Source of the DNA: a virus
Taxonomy: Duplodnaviria; Caudoviricetes
Virus record (IMG/VR): IMGVR_UViG_3300021197_001333
Coordinates: 1 to 62,780 of that record
Length of the DNA: 62,780 bases
Strand: one strand, 5' to 3'
The notes beneath the pieces are model-generated. The model ran no database searches. It was not told the origin of the DNA and saw only the letters and a list, made by a program, of their open reading frames with translations. The first letter of the stretch is position 1. Each line of letters opens with the position of its first letter. Shown piece by piece: positions 61,714 through 62,780 of the stretch. Position numbers and translations under genes: made by a program.

Positions 61714-62780
61714 ATAGAAAATATTATTCTAATGAGCAGAACTATGAGCACTTCAAGATGCTTCAAAAAATCATGACTCAAACAAAAGATATGAAGGTAG
61801 GAAGAGGGAAAAATAGTAAAGTACGTAGTGTACCTAAATATTCTATAAACTCTGACCAACTAGAAGAGATAAATAAAAATGTTGAATATTATAAAACAAA
61901 GATGAGTAGCTCACTTGAATTTAGAGATTACCAAAAAAAAATAATAGCCAAAGGGAAACAAATACTTACTTCAAATAAGTTTCTATACCTTTCTATGGAG
62001 GTAAGAACGGGAAAAACTCTAACGAGTTTGGGAATAGCTGAAGAACTTGGATATGAAAATGTTCTGTTTATCACCAAGAAGAAAGCTATAAGCAGCATTA
62101 CGGCTGATACAGACCTCCTGTGTCCAAGCTATGTCCTCTTCGTTATCAACTATGAAAGCCTACATAAAGCTCCCGATGTAAAGTGGGATTTAATAATATG
62201 TGACGAAGCTCATGGCATGGGTTCATACCCCAAGCCAAACAATAGAGCTAAAGCCGTAAAAGAGTTAATTAAAAAATGTGGTAGTCATATCATACTACTA
62301 TCGGGAACACCCACTCCTGAGTCTTACAGTATGATTTACCACCAAGTGTATGGTATACCAAACAATCCATTTCGTTCATTCAAAAACTTCTATGCATTTG
62401 CACGTGAACATGTGTTAATTAAACAGATAAAAATTAACGGCATGTTTCATAAGAACTATGACGATGCTCCGGAATATGTTATGAATCTTATGAAGCCTTA
62501 CACTATTTCTTATACTCAAGAAGAAGCGGGGTTCAAAGTAGATACTAAAGAGCATATCTTACATGTAGATATGCAAGAGTCCACGTATGCTATGTGTAAT
62601 AGATTGACTAAAGACTTAGTGATAGAGGGGAAGGAGGAGGATATATTAGCTGACACTCCTGTAAAGCTTATGCAAAAGCTTCATCAGATGTACTCCGGTA
62701 CTGTGAAGTTCGAAAGCGGAAACTCTATGGTATTGGACTATACCAAAGCTAACTTTATACGAGATAATTTTGAAGGTCAA
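61710..62780 (+). CDS. SNF2/SF2-type helicase, N-terminal part (continues at position 1)
   Basis: FRDYQ, MEVRTGKT (motif I), INYESLHK, IICDEAH (motif II), LLSGTP (motif III). 357 codons with no stop before the edge. Confidence 0.88.
   Translation, partial: MNRKYYSNEQNYEHFKMLQKIMTQTKDMKVGRGKNSKVRSVPKYSINSDQLEEINKNVEYYKTKMSSSLEFRDYQKKIIAKGKQILTSNKFLYLSMEVRTGKTLTSLGIAEELGYENVLFITKKKAISSITADTDLLCPSYVLFVINYESLHKAPDVKWDLIICDEAHGMGSYPKPNNRAKAVKELIKKCGSHIILLSGTPTPESYSMIYHQVYGIPNNPFRSFKNFYAFAREHVLIKQIKINGMFHKNYDDAPEYVMNLMKPYTISYTQEEAGFKVDTKEHILHVDMQESTYAMCNRLTKDLVIEGKEEDILADTPVKLMQKLHQMYSGTVKFESGNSMVLDYTKANFIRDNFEGQ

Noticed and set aside
1-62780. Prophage in a host chromosome, or alternative genetic code
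   Set aside because: There are no host housekeeping flanks, the sequence closes into a circle, and long ORFs are intact under the standard bacterial code.

Overview
The window looks like the complete, circularly permuted 62,780-bp genome of a lytic tailed phage with podovirus-type architecture. The host is probably Bacteroidota (Flavobacteria-like), inferred from many TAnnTTTG -7 promoter elements. A SNF2-type helicase ORF runs off the right edge and continues in frame at position 1. The minus-strand late arm (about 47,900 to 2,469) encodes GroEL/GroES, a cluster of tiny basic proteins, fibre-like proteins, lysis genes, terminase, portal, scaffold, major capsid, tail ring/nozzle proteins, ejection-type proteins and a 3,018-aa polyvalent protein. 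The plus-strand early/replication arm (48,473 to 62,780, then 1 to 2,468) encodes an amidoligase, a GATase-II/GGCT fusion, a three-member paralogue family, SSAP, exonuclease, SSB, primase-helicase, helicase and nucleases. I recognised no DNA polymerase, RNA polymerase, integrase, tRNA or CRISPR array. The main discovery is two complete type III hammerhead ribozymes (49,172-49,224 and 50,216-50,266) in direct orientation that bracket the amidoligase gene. Double cleavage would release a 1,043-nt single-gene RNA with ligatable ends. Each ribozyme is fused to a 16-bp near-palindrome, GAGGGTTCAAACCCTC, which occurs at least 8 times exactly plus 2 variants across the genome. Other signals are RQQK-delimited kinase-like and ART-like modules and an overprinted small gene in the giant protein, a palindromic face-to-face promoter, probable leaderless late mRNAs, duplicated origin-like modules with IHF-consensus sites, and apparent avoidance of CCAG/CTGG and GATC. 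All product calls come from motif recognition by eye, not from database searches.
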